In this document: one piece after another, positions 38,267 to 49,248 of the stretch
Numbering within the stretch: the stretch's first letter is position 1
Layout of the letters: each line of letters begins with the position of its first letter
DNA from: an uncultured Alphaproteobacteria bacterium
GTDB taxonomy: Bacteria; Pseudomonadota; Alphaproteobacteria; HIMB59; GCA-002718135
NCBI GenBank assembly: GCA_902561355.1
Contig: CACEPG010000001.1
Coordinates: 28,457 to 92,456 of the forward strand
Length of the DNA: 64,000 nucleotides
Reading direction: 5' to 3'
Notes under the pieces: model-generated
What the model was told of the DNA's origin: nothing
Database searches by the model: none
The model's input: only the letters and a program-made list of their open reading frames with translations
Translations under genes and position numbers: made by a program

Positions 38267-40894
38267 ATGGAATTTCCAAAATTTTTTGACTTTATTCAAG
38301 AAGAAAAAAAAATTTATTCAAAATGGGAAAAAGAAGGTTGTTTTAAACCAGTTAAAAATGATTTACCTTATTCTATTATGATGCCTCCTCCTAATGTAAC
38401 AGGTAGTTTGCATATGGGGCATGCTTTAACTTTTACTATTCAAGACATTTTAATTAGATTTCATAGAATGAAAGGAATGGAAGTTTTATGGCAAGCTGGT
38501 ACAGATCATGCCGGTATAGCTACACAAATGGTTGTTGAAAGACAATTATCTGAAAAAAATATTGATAGGAAAAATTTAGGTAGAGAAAAATTTATCGATA
38601 AAGTTTGGGAATGGAAAAAAGAATCAGGTGGAAAAATTAATAACCAATTACGTAGACTCGGAGCCTCTGCAGATTGGTCTCGTGAGCGTTTTACTATGGA
38701 TGAAGGTTTATCAAAAGCTGTTAGGAAAGTTTTTGTTGATTTGTATAATGATGGCATCATTTATCGAGATAAAAGATTGGTAAATTGGGATCCTAAATTA
38801 TTAACTGCTATTTCAGATCTAGAAGTTGAACAGAGAGAACAAGAAGGAAGTTTGTGGCATATTAAATATCCTATTGATAGTGATAACTTTATAGTAGTTG
38901 CCACTACTAGACCTGAAACTATGTTAGGTGATTCTGCTGTAGCTGTTCACCCAGATGATTCTAGATATAAAAGATTTATTGGAAAAACTTGTAAACTTCC
39001 AATTATAAATAAATTGATTCCAATTATTGCAGATGAATATGCTGATCCTGAAAAAGGCTCTGGGGCAGTAAAAATAACTCCCGCACATGATTTTAATGAT
39101 TTCGAAGTAGGCAAACGTCACAAATTAAAATTTATTAATATTTTTGATAAATTTGCTAAAATTAATTCTAATGCTCCTAATAGATTTATTGATTTAGATA
39201 GATTTGCAGCCAGAAAATTAATTTTAAATGAATTAAAAGAGTTAAATTTACTAGTTAAAGAAGAAAAACAATTAATGGTTCTTCCTTATGGTGACAGATC
39301 TGGTGTTATTATAGAACCATGGTTAACAGACCAGTGGTTTTGTAATGCTAAAAAACTTTCAATTAATCCAATAAAATCAGTTAAAAATGGCCATTCTAAA
39401 TTTGTACCTAAACAATGGGAGAAAACTTTTTTTAATTGGATGGAAAATATTCAACCTTGGTGTATTTCAAGACAGCTTTGGTGGGGTCATCAAATTCCTG
39501 TATGGTATGGACCAGATGAAAAAATATTTGTTGCATTAAGTGAGGGTGAAGCAAATGAAAAAGCAAAAATTCATTATGGCAATTCTGAGACTCTAAAGCA
39601 AGATCAAGATGTTTTAGATACATGGTTTTCTTCAGCTTTATGGACATTTTCTACTTTAGATTGGCCAGACGATTCTTATGAACTAAAAAGATTTTATCCA
39701 GGCAATGTATTGGTTACTGGTTTTGATATTATCTTTTTTTGGGTAGCGAGAATGATGATGATGGGATCTTATTTTATGAAAAAAACACCTTTTAAAGATA
39801 TATATATACATCCATTAATTCGTGATGAAAAAGGACAAAAAATGTCTAAATCTAAGGGTAATATTATTGATCCTCTAGATCTTTTAGATAAGTATGGAGC
39901 TGATACATTAAGATTTACTTTAACGGCTTTATTAAACCCAGGTAGAGATGTTAAATTATCTGAAAACAGAGTTAAAGGATATAAGTCTTTTTCAAATAAA
40001 ATTTGGAATGCAGCTAATTTTTTACAAATAAATAAATCAAATTTTGTAACTTATATAGATTATGATGTAATAAAATTAGATGTTAACAAATGGATAATTA
40101 AAGAACTTGAACTAACTTCTTTGTCTGTAAATGAATATATGAAAAAATACTTATTTCATGAAGTTGCTAATACACTTTATCATTTTATTTGGCATACGTT
40201 TTGTGATTGGTACATAGAATTTATTAAATCAGATTTTGTGGATGATAATAAATCGAGTGAAACTAGAAATGTTTCAGGTTGGGTTTTTGGAGAAATTTTG
40301 AAATTAATTCATCCAACTATGCCTTTTTTATCTGAACAAATTTGGCAAAATTTATATGATAAAAATAATTTTTTAATGATGCAAAAATTTAATCAAATAA
40401 ATATTAATAAAAATTTTAATGAATCTAAAGACAACATACAAAAAATTATTGATATTATCTCTTCGGTAAGAAATGTAAGAGCTGAACTTAAAATTCCATA
40501 TAAGACTAAAATTAATATTACATTAGACATTCAAAATGAAAAAGATTTAAAATTTATTCAAAAATTCGATAATGAAATTATTAGATTATTAAAAATAAAT
40601 GAAATTAATTTTGAAAATATTAAAAATCAAAAGAATTCAGCTTATGTTGTTTTATCAGAAATTTCACTTCTAATACCATTAGAAGGTATAATTAACACTA
40701 ATAAAGAACTTGAAAAACTTCATAAAAAGAAAGAGTCTGAAACAGAAAAATTTAATTCTTTGATGACTAAAATAGAAAATGAAGACTTTGTTCAAAAAGC
40801 ACCGAGTCATGTAATTGATGATTTTAAAAAACAAGCTTATGATCTCCAATCTTCTATTGAAAAAATTGATCAAATAATAAATACTATAAATTAA
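38267..40894 (+). CDS. valS: Valyl-tRNA synthetase
   Basis: PPPNVTGSLHMGH, WCISRQLWWGH, KMSKS. Confidence 0.97.
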   Translation: MEFPKFFDFIQEEKKIYSKWEKEGCFKPVKNDLPYSIMMPPPNVTGSLHMGHALTFTIQDILIRFHRMKGMEVLWQAGTDHAGIATQMVVERQLSEKNIDRKNLGREKFIDKVWEWKKESGGKINNQLRRLGASADWSRERFTMDEGLSKAVRKVFVDLYNDGIIYRDKRLVNWDPKLLTAISDLEVEQREQEGSLWHIKYPIDSDNFIVVATTRPETMLGDSAVAVHPDDSRYKRFIGKTCKLPIINKLIPIIADEYADPEKGSGAVKITPAHDFNDFEVGKRHKLKFINIFDKFAKINSNAPNRFIDLDRFAARKLILNELKELNLLVKEEKQLMVLPYGDRSGVIIEPWLTDQWFCNAKKLSINPIKSVKNGHSKFVPKQWEKTFFNWMENIQPWCISRQLWWGHQIPVWYGPDEKIFVALSEGEANEKAKIHYGNSETLKQDQDVLDTWFSSALWTFSTLDWPDDSYELKRFYPGNVLVTGFDIIFFWVARMMMMGSYFMKKTPFKDIYIHPLIRDEKGQKMSKSKGNIIDPLDLLDKYGADTLRFTLTALLNPGRDVKLSENRVKGYKSFSNKIWNAANFLQINKSNFVTYIDYDVIKLDVNKWIIKELELTSLSVNEYMKKYLFHEVANTLYHFIWHTFCDWYIEFIKSDFVDDNKSSETRNVSGWVFGEILKLIHPTMPFLSEQIWQNLYDKNNFLMMQKFNQININKNFNESKDNIQKIIDIISSVRNVRAELKIPYKTKINITLDIQNEKDLKFIQKFDNEIIRLLKINEINFENIKNQKNSAYVVLSEISLLIPLEGIINTNKELEKLHKKKESETEKFNSLMTKIENEDFVQKAPSHVIDDFKKQAYDLQSSIEKIDQIINTIN

Positions 40895-40895
40895 T

Positions 40896-42623
40896 ATGGT
40901 TGATAAGGGCTCAAATATTAAATCAAAACTTCCCAGCCGTCATGTAAGCGTTGGGCCAAAGAGTGCTCCACATAGATCAATGTATTATGCTATGGGTATG
41001 ACTGAAGAACAAATATATCAACCTTTTATCGGAGTAGCTACTACATGGAATGAATCTGCGCCATGTAATATAACTTTAGGTAGACAGGCTCAATCTGTAA
41101 AAATTGGAGTTAAAGAAAAAAATGGAACACCTAGAGAATTCACTACAATAACAGTCACTGATGGTATAGCTATGGGTCATGAAGCAATGAAAGCATCGCT
41201 TGTAAGCAGAGAAGTTATTGCAGATTCAGTAGAATTATCTGTTAGAGGACATTGTTATGATGGAATAGTTGGTTTGGCAGGATGTGATAAGTCCTTACCA
41301 GGTTTAATGATGGCTATGGTACGTTTAAATATACCTTCTGTTTTTATTTATGGAGGTTCAATACTTCCTGGTAAATATAAAGGTAAAGATATGACAATAA
41401 TAGATGTTTTTGAAGCAGTTGGTAAACATGCTCAAGGTGGAATCGATGATCAAGAACTAAAAAATATTGAAAAAGTTGCATGCCCCACTGCTGGATCATG
41501 TGGAGGTCAATTTACCGCTAATACTATGGCATGTATATCTGAAGCTCTTGGTTTAGCTTTAACAAATTCTGCTATGACTCCAGCTACTTATGAAGAAAGA
41601 GATAATTATGGTATTGAAAGCGGAAAGGCTGTGATGAATTTAATTGAAAAAAATATTCGTCCAAGGGATATAGTTACAATTGACTCTTTAAGAAATGCTG
41701 CAGTAGTAGTTGCAGCTACAGGCGGTTCTACAAATGCAGCATTACATTTGCCAGCTATTGCAAATGAAGCTGGTATCAAATTTACACTTCGAGATGTTGT
41801 AGAAATCTATCAATCAACTCCATATATAGGAGATATGTCTCCAGGAGGAAAATATGTTGCAAAAGATTTATATGAAGTAGGCGGCGTTCCAATTGTAATA
41901 AAATCTCTTTTGGATGGAGGTTATATCAATGGTGATTGTATAACAGTAACTGGCAAATCAATTGGAGAAAATCATAGAGATGTAATATTTCCAAAAAATC
42001 AAGACGTTGTTTATACATGTGATAAACCTATAAGCGAACATAGTTCAGTAGTAGGATTATGGGGTAATTTAGCAGAAGATGGTTCAATTTCTAAAATCGC
42101 TGGTTTAAAAAATTTAAAATTTAAAGGAAAAGCAAAATGTTTTGATTGTGAAGAAGATGCTTTAACTGCTGTTTTAAAAAATGAAATTGTTGCAGGTGAT
42201 GCAGTTATCATAAGATATGAAGGCCCTAAAGGTGGTCCTGGTATGAGAGAAATGTTATCTACAACTGGTGCAATATATGGTCAAGGACTTGGAGATAGTG
42301 TAGCACTTATAACAGATGGAAGGTTTTCTGGAGGTACAAGAGGTTTTTGTATAGGTCATGTAGGCCCTGAAGCTGCTGTAGGAGGTATGATTGGCTTGTT
42401 AAATGATGGTGATGAAATAATTATTGATGCCATTAAAGGAGAGATTAATGTTAATCTAACTAATGATGAAATAGAAAAAAGAAAGAAAGCATGGAAACCA
42501 AGAAAAACTAATCATAACTCTGGATCTATATGGAAATATGCTCAAACAGTAGGTCCAGCGCATGAAGGAGCAGTCACTCAACCAGGTGCAGAGAATGAAA
42601 CTCATACTTATGCTGATATTTAG
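40896..42623 (+). CDS. ilvD: Dihydroxy-acid dehydratase
   Basis: PCN, TDGIAMGH, GCDKSLPG, GSCGGQFTANTM, GPGMREM, TDGRFSG. Confidence 0.95.
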   Translation: MVDKGSNIKSKLPSRHVSVGPKSAPHRSMYYAMGMTEEQIYQPFIGVATTWNESAPCNITLGRQAQSVKIGVKEKNGTPREFTTITVTDGIAMGHEAMKASLVSREVIADSVELSVRGHCYDGIVGLAGCDKSLPGLMMAMVRLNIPSVFIYGGSILPGKYKGKDMTIIDVFEAVGKHAQGGIDDQELKNIEKVACPTAGSCGGQFTANTMACISEALGLALTNSAMTPATYEERDNYGIESGKAVMNLIEKNIRPRDIVTIDSLRNAAVVVAATGGSTNAALHLPAIANEAGIKFTLRDVVEIYQSTPYIGDMSPGGKYVAKDLYEVGGVPIVIKSLLDGGYINGDCITVTGKSIGENHRDVIFPKNQDVVYTCDKPISEHSSVVGLWGNLAEDGSISKIAGLKNLKFKGKAKCFDCEEDALTAVLKNEIVAGDAVIIRYEGPKGGPGMREMLSTTGAIYGQGLGDSVALITDGRFSGGTRGFCIGHVGPEAAVGGMIGLLNDGDEIIIDAIKGEINVNLTNDEIEKRKKAWKPRKTNHNSGSIWKYAQTVGPAHEGAVTQPGAENETHTYADI

Positions 42624-43405
42624 TTATTTACTTCGATTGTAACTGGTGTGTGATCTGACGCTTTATCCCAACCTCGTGGCTCTCTATTAATTTTTACATT
42701 TTTTATTAAATCAGTAACCTCAGGAGAAGCAAGAAAATGATCAATTCGAAGACCATTTCCTTTTTGCCATCCACCACCTCTGTAACCCCAAAATGTCCAA
42801 TTAGTATTCCCATCAATAAAATATTTAACTAGATCCGTAAAGCCCATATTAATTAAAATTCTAAATTGTTCTCTAGTTTTTGGATGAGCACAAGCATCAT
42901 TTTTATAATTTTCAGGAGAATAAACATCAGCATCAGAAGGAATAACATTAAAATCACCGCCAATAATAATTGGAGTCATCGATTTTCTCAAATACAATAT
43001 ATAATTATTAAATTTTTTCATCCAATTTATTTTATATTCAAATTTTTCTGTATCTATAGGATTTCCATTAGGCAAATATATATTTATTAGTTTTATTTTT
43101 TTTTTAAGTTTAGAATTTTCTATATCACATTCTATAAATCTTGCATTTTCATCGTCGTAATCAGGTATTTTTAAATTAGTTATTTTTGCTGGTTGTTTTG
43201 TTAAAATTGCTACCCCATTCCATGCCTTTTGACCATTAACATAACAATCATATCCTAAATCTTTAATTTGATTATGAGGAAAACCTTCTTGAACTGTTTT
43301 TAATTCTTGCAATAAATAAATATCCGATTGGTCTTTTTTTATAAACTTTACTAAATGTTCTATTCTTGCATTGATTGAATTTACATTCCAGGTTGAAATT
43401 TTCAT
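42620..43405 (-). CDS. xth: Exodeoxyribonuclease III
   Basis: TWNVNS, LQELK, YLPNG, GDFNV, RIDH, SDHTP. Confidence 0.94.
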   Translation of the reverse strand: MKISTWNVNSINARIEHLVKFIKKDQSDIYLLQELKTVQEGFPHNQIKDLGYDCYVNGQKAWNGVAILTKQPAKITNLKIPDYDDENARFIECDIENSKLKKKIKLINIYLPNGNPIDTEKFEYKINWMKKFNNYILYLRKSMTPIIIGGDFNVIPSDADVYSPENYKNDACAHPKTREQFRILINMGFTDLVKYFIDGNTNWTFWGYRGGGWQKGNGLRIDHFLASPEVTDLIKNVKINREPRGWDKASDHTPVTIEVNN

Positions 43406-43732
43406 TTACATTGAAAAAGAAGTGCCACAACCACATGAAGAAGTTGCTTGTGGATTAGTAATTTTGAAAGAAGATCCTATCAATTCTTGTACGTAATCAA
43501 TTTTTGAACTTTTGATAAATTTTAATGATACATTATCAATTAATACCTCAATTTTACTAGTTTTTATCAAAACATCATCTTTTTTTATATTGTTTTCAAA
43601 ATCAAATTTGTATTGGAAACCAGCACATCCACCACCTAATACAGTAATTCTAAAATATTTAGCTTTGTCTTTAGCCAGAACTTCATAGATATGATCTTGT
43701 GCACTTTTAGTTATTTCGATGTTATTATTCAT
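43406..43732 (-). CDS. erpA: A-type Fe-S carrier (ErpA/IscA, HesB family)
   Basis: GGGCAGFQY and CGCGTSF; xth-erpA/dgt synteny. Confidence 0.88.
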   Translation of the reverse strand: MNNNIEITKSAQDHIYEVLAKDKAKYFRITVLGGGCAGFQYKFDFENNIKKDDVLIKTSKIEVLIDNVSLKFIKSSKIDYVQELIGSSFKITNPQATSSCGCGTSFSM

Positions 43733-43787
43733 TCTTTAAAAACCCTATATACTATAATAATATTGTGGATATATATCAAAAATAATA

Positions 43788-44912
43788 ATGTTTGAAGATT
43801 TAGCTGCAAGATCAATTATTTCTAAAGGTAGATTGTACAATGAATTAGACGATGATGCCTCTAGAAGTCCATTTGAAAGAGATAGAGCTAGAGTTATTCA
43901 TTCTAGTTCTTTTCGTAAATTAAAGCATAAAACCCAGGTATTTATTGAAAGTGAAAGTGATTATTACAGAACTAGATTAACTCATTCTTTAGAAGTAGCT
44001 CAAATAGCTCGTTCATTATGCAGATCATTAAACTTAGATGAAGATCTAGGGGAAACAGTTGCTTTAGCTCATGATCTTGGACATCCGCCATTCGGACATA
44101 ACGGAGAGAAAGCACTTAATACTTCTATGAAACAGCATGGAGGTTTTAATCATAACGATCAAACATTGAGAGTTATAACAGAGATAGAAAAAAGACATCC
44201 TAATTTTAATGGATTAAATCTTACTTGGGAGAGCTTGGAGGGCATTGTTAAACATAATGGTTTAATAACTTCAAATATTCCATTTCATATTTTAGCATAT
44301 AATAAAAAACATAATTTATCTTTATCGAAACAACCACATCTTGAGTCACAAATCGCTGCAATATCAGATGATATTGCTTACAATAATCATGATGTTGAAG
44401 ATGCTATTAGAGCAGGTTTATTGAACATTTCACAACTTAAAGAGAATATTTTTTTTAATGAAATTATTTACAATTTAAAAGATAAATATCATAATATAAA
44501 TGATAAACATTTAATGTTTCAAGTTCTAAGATCAAGTATGTCACTTATGATTGCTGATATTTATAAACAAACAAAATTTAATATAAAAAAATTTAATCTG
44601 AATACTTTTCAAGATGTTGAAAACCATTCTAGTTTTGTTGTTAAATTTTCAAAAGAAATGCAAGATAATTGTAAGATCATAAAAAACTTTTTGTTTGAAA
44701 ATGTTTATAATCATAGAAGTTTACTCCTAAAACGTCAAAAAGTAGAAACTATTATTATTAAATTGTTTAACTATTTTTATACAAATTCTAACAAATTACC
44801 TTCAGATTGGATTAATAATAGTGATTTACCTATAGAAAGAATTATTTGTGATTACATTTCAGGTATGACTGATAGATATGCATCTAGATTGTATAAGGAA
44901 ATTTATGATTGA
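43788..44912 (+). CDS. dgt: dGTP triphosphohydrolase (HD family)
   Basis: RKLKHKTQV, RTRLTHSLEV, AHDLGH, DDIAY, DYISGMTD. Confidence 0.93.
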   Translation: MFEDLAARSIISKGRLYNELDDDASRSPFERDRARVIHSSSFRKLKHKTQVFIESESDYYRTRLTHSLEVAQIARSLCRSLNLDEDLGETVALAHDLGHPPFGHNGEKALNTSMKQHGGFNHNDQTLRVITEIEKRHPNFNGLNLTWESLEGIVKHNGLITSNIPFHILAYNKKHNLSLSKQPHLESQIAAISDDIAYNNHDVEDAIRAGLLNISQLKENIFFNEIIYNLKDKYHNINDKHLMFQVLRSSMSLMIADIYKQTKFNIKKFNLNTFQDVENHSSFVVKFSKEMQDNCKIIKNFLFENVYNHRSLLLKRQKVETIIIKLFNYFYTNSNKLPSDWINNSDLPIERIICDYISGMTDRYASRLYKEIYD

Positions 44913-46644
44913 TTATATATCAAATTTACTAAATTTTTTGTATTCTACAGTTGATTTTCTTGAAGACAAAAAATTAGTAACTAAGATCAATAAATCTAAT
45001 ATAAATATTGATTTTGCATCTAAATCTAAAAGAGGGGATGTTTCTTCAAATTTTTATCTAATTGTTAATAAAAAAATTATAGATAGTAAATATAATTTAA
45101 AAAAATTTTTATCTGACCAAATAAGCAAATTAACTTTTATAGAAAAATTTGAAATTTCTGACACAGGATTCATTAATATTAATTTCAAAAAGGAATATAT
45201 TATTGATCATCTAAAAAAAATAATCAAAATTAATTCAAATTATGGTAATTCTCAATATGGTAAAAATGAAAAAATAAACATAGAGTTTGTTTCAGCAAAT
45301 CCAACAGGACCTATAACAATTGCTCATTTAAGAGGAGCAGTACTTGGAGATGTTCTTGGTTCAATTTTAGAAAAATCTGGATACCTAGTTACTAGAGAGT
45401 ATTATGTAAATGACTCAGGATCACAAATAGATATTTTATCTAATTCTCTTTATAAAAGATATCAGCAGCTTTATAAATTTGAAATTAATATTGATGAAAA
45501 TGAATATCCAGGTGAATACTTAATTGAAATAGCTAAAAAAATTAAAGATGATTATGGAGATATTTGGCTAGATGAGGACAAGAAAAAAACTAATAATTTT
45601 TTTAAAAAATTTGCAATAGAAAATATTATTAAAGATATTGTTTATGATTTAAATTTATTAAAAATAAAGTTTGATATCTTTTCTAAAGAAAGTGAAATAG
45701 TTAATAAAAATTTAATCGAAGAAGTTTTTTCAATTCTCAAAGATAAAAATTTATTATACGAAGGTTATTTAGATAAACCTATAGCCGATGATTCTGAAAA
45801 TTGGGAATCTAGAAAACAATTACTTTTTAAATCTACTCAAATTTTTGATGATAGAGATAGAGCTTTTAAAAAAGCAAATGGTGAATGGACATATTTTGCA
45901 AACGATGCAGCTTATCACTTGGATAAATATAAACGTAATTTTGATAAATTAATAAATATATGGGGAGCAGATCATATTGGTTATATTCCTAGAATGCGTT
46001 CGGTAGTCTCTGCAATCACAAATAAAAATGATTATTTGGAAATTCTTAATTGTCAAATAGTACGTCTTATAAAAGATAATCAAATTTTGAAAATGTCTAA
46101 AAGAGAAGGAAATTTCATATCTTTAAAACAAGTTTTCAACTTAGTAGGCAAAGATCCTTTGAGATATTTTATGATTTCTACAAGGAGTGAAACATCAATG
46201 GATTTTGATTTAAATAAAGTAGTTCAAAAGAATAAAGATAATCCTGTATTTTATTGTCAGTATGCTTATGCTAGAGTTTCATCAGTTATAAATAAATCAA
46301 AAGAATTAGGTATAACTATTGATAGTTTTTCTGAATATGAAAATATTAAAAATTACTTTTCAAATGAAGAAATAGAAATAATATTAAAATTAATATCTTA
46401 TCCATTTATTTTATATCAATCAGCTAAATTTAAAGAACCACATCGTTTAATTAATTATATAGAAGATTTATCTTCAACTTTTCATTCTTTTTGGAATAAA
46501 GGTAAGGAAAATGAATCTTTAAGGTTAATTGATAAAGAAAATATTACTAAAACTCAAAGTAAGCTTGTTTGGTTATCTGCATTTCGCATAGTTTTAAAAA
46601 ATATTTTTGAGATAATTAAAATTGAACCTACAGAATCAATGTAA
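44905..46644 (+). CDS. argS: Arginyl-tRNA synthetase
   Basis: EFVSANPTGP, EYYVND, WGADH, MSKR, NPVFYCQYAYAR. Start placed at ATG 44905, which overlaps the end of dgt. Confidence 0.94.
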   Translation: MIDYISNLLNFLYSTVDFLEDKKLVTKINKSNINIDFASKSKRGDVSSNFYLIVNKKIIDSKYNLKKFLSDQISKLTFIEKFEISDTGFININFKKEYIIDHLKKIIKINSNYGNSQYGKNEKINIEFVSANPTGPITIAHLRGAVLGDVLGSILEKSGYLVTREYYVNDSGSQIDILSNSLYKRYQQLYKFEINIDENEYPGEYLIEIAKKIKDDYGDIWLDEDKKKTNNFFKKFAIENIIKDIVYDLNLLKIKFDIFSKESEIVNKNLIEEVFSILKDKNLLYEGYLDKPIADDSENWESRKQLLFKSTQIFDDRDRAFKKANGEWTYFANDAAYHLDKYKRNFDKLINIWGADHIGYIPRMRSVVSAITNKNDYLEILNCQIVRLIKDNQILKMSKREGNFISLKQVFNLVGKDPLRYFMISTRSETSMDFDLNKVVQKNKDNPVFYCQYAYARVSSVINKSKELGITIDSFSEYENIKNYFSNEEIEIILKLISYPFILYQSAKFKEPHRLINYIEDLSSTFHSFWNKGKENESLRLIDKENITKTQSKLVWLSAFRIVLKNIFEIIKIEPTESM

Positions 46645-47168
46645 TGGTTTATAAATATATATTTAATAAAAAAAAAAATTTAAAATCAAATAAATTATTT
46701 TTGCTAGTTGCAACTATTTTTTTATTAATTATTTTTATATTTAATTATAATTTTAATTCTCAAATTATTATAATCCCGGAATATAAGGGTAATTATTATA
46801 AAATTCCTAAAGATAAAGGTGGTCAAAAAATCTTTAATACAGATAAAAAAAGTTTAAATTCTCAAACAAATATTATTTTTGATAATGAATTTATAAATAT
46901 TGATGAGTTAAATTATTCAATTCAATTTTTCACAAATTCTGAATTTTCTGTTGTTAATAATTTTTTAAGTAAATTGATAATTAATAAGGAGTCTATATTT
47001 AAAAAAGATGAATTTTTTATTTTTACTTTTCATTCACAAGTTGGTGTCGAGTATTTTTTACTATACAAAAACTTCAACACTAGAGAAAAAGCCTATAATT
47101 ATTGCACTAAATATTTAACAAAATTAGAAAAATGTTTAATAGTAGATGTCAAACAATATAAAAATTAG
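46644..47168 (+). CDS. Degenerate SPOR-domain-like membrane protein (FtsN position)
   Basis: One TM helix, K.P.DKGG, C-terminal F...EKAYNYC...C. Sits in the conserved slot after argS. Confidence 0.55.
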   Translation: MVYKYIFNKKKNLKSNKLFLLVATIFLLIIFIFNYNFNSQIIIIPEYKGNYYKIPKDKGGQKIFNTDKKSLNSQTNIIFDNEFINIDELNYSIQFFTNSEFSVVNNFLSKLIINKESIFKKDEFFIFTFHSQVGVEYFLLYKNFNTREKAYNYCTKYLTKLEKCLIVDVKQYKN

Positions 47169-47199
47169 CTAGAATCATTAAAATTATTTATAATTAACT

Positions 47200-47958
47200 A
47201 TGCTAGATCAAACAGAAAATTTCCAAGATAACAATAGATTTAATCTTATACTAGATAGTTATGAAGGGCCTATTGACTTACTTCTTGACCTAGCTAGAAA
47301 ACAAAAAGTAGATTTATCTGAAATATCTATTTTTGAATTAGCTGAACAATACATTCAATTTATATCAAAATATCAAGATATTCATTTAGAAATAGCTGCT
47401 GATTATTTAGTGATGGCAGCTTGGTTAACATATTTAAAATCAAGATTATTATTACCAAAAGAAGAAAATATTGAAGAACATAGCCCTGAAGATTTAGAAG
47501 AAGCTCTAAGATATCAACTACAGCGCCTAGAAGCTTTCCAAAAAATATCTAAAATTCTTTATTCAAAACCAATAATTGGTAGAGATGTTTTTTATGGCGG
47601 CTCTAGTGAAGGAGTAAATATCAAATATAATATTTCTTATTCATCTTCTTTATTTGATTTATTAAATTCTTATTCAAAAATTTTACTAAAATCTGCACAA
47701 GTAAGTCATTTAACTATTGCTTATTCAGAACTTTATTCAGTTGATGATGCTATACAGAGGTTAAAAAATATCTTTGGAACGCTTGTTGATTGGACAAATT
47801 TTTATACTTTAATTCCTAAGTTTGGAAAAAATAAAATAATTAATAAATCTTTATTATCTTCTAATTTTGTCGCTTCTTTAGAATTAGCAAAAAATGGATT
47901 TATTGATGTTAAACAAAGTGAAAGCTTTGGTAATATTTATATTAAAATGAAAAAATAA
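47200..47958 (+). CDS. scpA: Segregation and condensation protein A
   Basis: YEGPIDLLLDL, AADYLVMAAWL, KSRLLLP, ASLELAK. Confidence 0.93.
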   Translation: MLDQTENFQDNNRFNLILDSYEGPIDLLLDLARKQKVDLSEISIFELAEQYIQFISKYQDIHLEIAADYLVMAAWLTYLKSRLLLPKEENIEEHSPEDLEEALRYQLQRLEAFQKISKILYSKPIIGRDVFYGGSSEGVNIKYNISYSSSLFDLLNSYSKILLKSAQVSHLTIAYSELYSVDDAIQRLKNIFGTLVDWTNFYTLIPKFGKNKIINKSLLSSNFVASLELAKNGFIDVKQSESFGNIYIKMKK

Positions 47959-48596
47959 TGAGTGCTAATAGAGATAGTAAAATTATTGAAGCAATATTAT
48001 TTGCTTCTCATGAACCTGTTCATGAAGATGATTTGATACAAAAAATAACAAACAAAGAAAAATTTAATACTTGTATTGAAGATTTACAAACTTTTTATGA
48101 AAATAGGGGTATTAATTTAATTAAAACAGGAAAAAAATGGTCGTTTAGAACTTCAGATAAAATCAAAGATGAATTAACAATATTTAAATCACAAAAAAGA
48201 AAACTTTCTAGAGCAGCTTTAGAAACTTTGTCAATTATAGCTTACCAGCAACCAATAACTAGATCAGAAATAGAAAATATAAGAGGTGTTCAAATGGGTC
48301 GCGGTTCTATAGATCACTTAATGGAAATTGGCTGGATAAAACCTTCAGGAAGAAAAAATATTCCAGGTAAACCTGCTTTGTGGATTACAACAGATCTATT
48401 TGTAGAACATTTTGGTATTAAAGATATTTCTGATTTACCAAATAAAGATGAATTAAAGGCAAGTGGATTTTTGGAAAAAAGGTCAGCAATTGCTACTATT
48501 ACAGATCTAGCAAAGACGGATGAAATTAATGATACTGAAAATAATCTTGATGAAGATGAAAACCTAGAAGATTTTATTCCTATAAAAGAGAACTGA
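47958..48596 (+). CDS. scpB: Segregation and condensation protein B
   Basis: IEAILFAS, LSRAALETLSIIAYQQPITR, PGKP, DLP. Confidence 0.94.
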   Translation: MSANRDSKIIEAILFASHEPVHEDDLIQKITNKEKFNTCIEDLQTFYENRGINLIKTGKKWSFRTSDKIKDELTIFKSQKRKLSRAALETLSIIAYQQPITRSEIENIRGVQMGRGSIDHLMEIGWIKPSGRKNIPGKPALWITTDLFVEHFGIKDISDLPNKDELKASGFLEKRSAIATITDLAKTDEINDTENNLDEDENLEDFIPIKEN

Positions 48597-48699
48597 TAAA
48601 GTCCATTTTTATATTTATTAGATTAATATTTCCCTAATTTTTTTTGAATTTCTTGTTTTTTTTGATTTATCGTATAACAGGCTTTTGAGGAGAGAATTT

Positions 48700-48885
48700 A
48701 TGACACCGAGTATTTGGCAGCTTTTAATTGTATTAGTTATTGTTTTGCTTTTATTTGGCAGAGGCAAAATACCTCAGCTCATGGGAGATATGGCAAAAGG
48801 CATTAAATCTTTTAAAAAAGGAATGAGTGAAGAGGAAAAAAAAGAAGATAAAAATATAGAGAATAATCAAGACAACGAAAAGTAA
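48700..48885 (+). CDS. tatA: Twin-arginine translocase subunit TatA
   Basis: [36 protein letters not shown] precedes ATG 48700. Confidence 0.93.
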   Translation: MTPSIWQLLIVLVIVLLLFGRGKIPQLMGDMAKGIKSFKKGMSEEEKKEDKNIENNQDNEK

Positions 48886-48889
48886 ATAA

Positions 48890-49240
48890 ATGTTTACTTT
48901 TGGCTGGGGAGAGATTTTTTTACTTATTATTATTGTTGTTATATTTATTGGTCCTAAAGAATTGCCAAATTTTATAAAACAAATTTCCTTTTTTTTAAAA
49001 AATATTAAAAAAATATCTGGAGAATTTAAAACTTCTTTAAAAGAATTATCTGAACAAGAAGATTTTAATGATGTAAAACAAACATTATCTGATGTTAAAA
49101 ATTTAAAAGAAGATTTTGATATTAAAAAAAATTTAGAAAATGAAATTAATTCAATCAAGGAAACATCGACTTTAGTTGAAAAAGATATTGATGATATAAA
49201 TAAAAAAAATAAGACTCAAGACGAGGCTGACTTAATTTAG
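48890..49240 (+). CDS. tatB: Twin-arginine translocase subunit TatB
   Basis: MFTFGWGE, IGPKELP. Confidence 0.9.
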   Translation: MFTFGWGEIFLLIIIVVIFIGPKELPNFIKQISFFLKNIKKISGEFKTSLKELSEQEDFNDVKQTLSDVKNLKEDFDIKKNLENEINSIKETSTLVEKDIDDINKKNKTQDEADLI

Positions 49241-49248
49241 TAAATATT

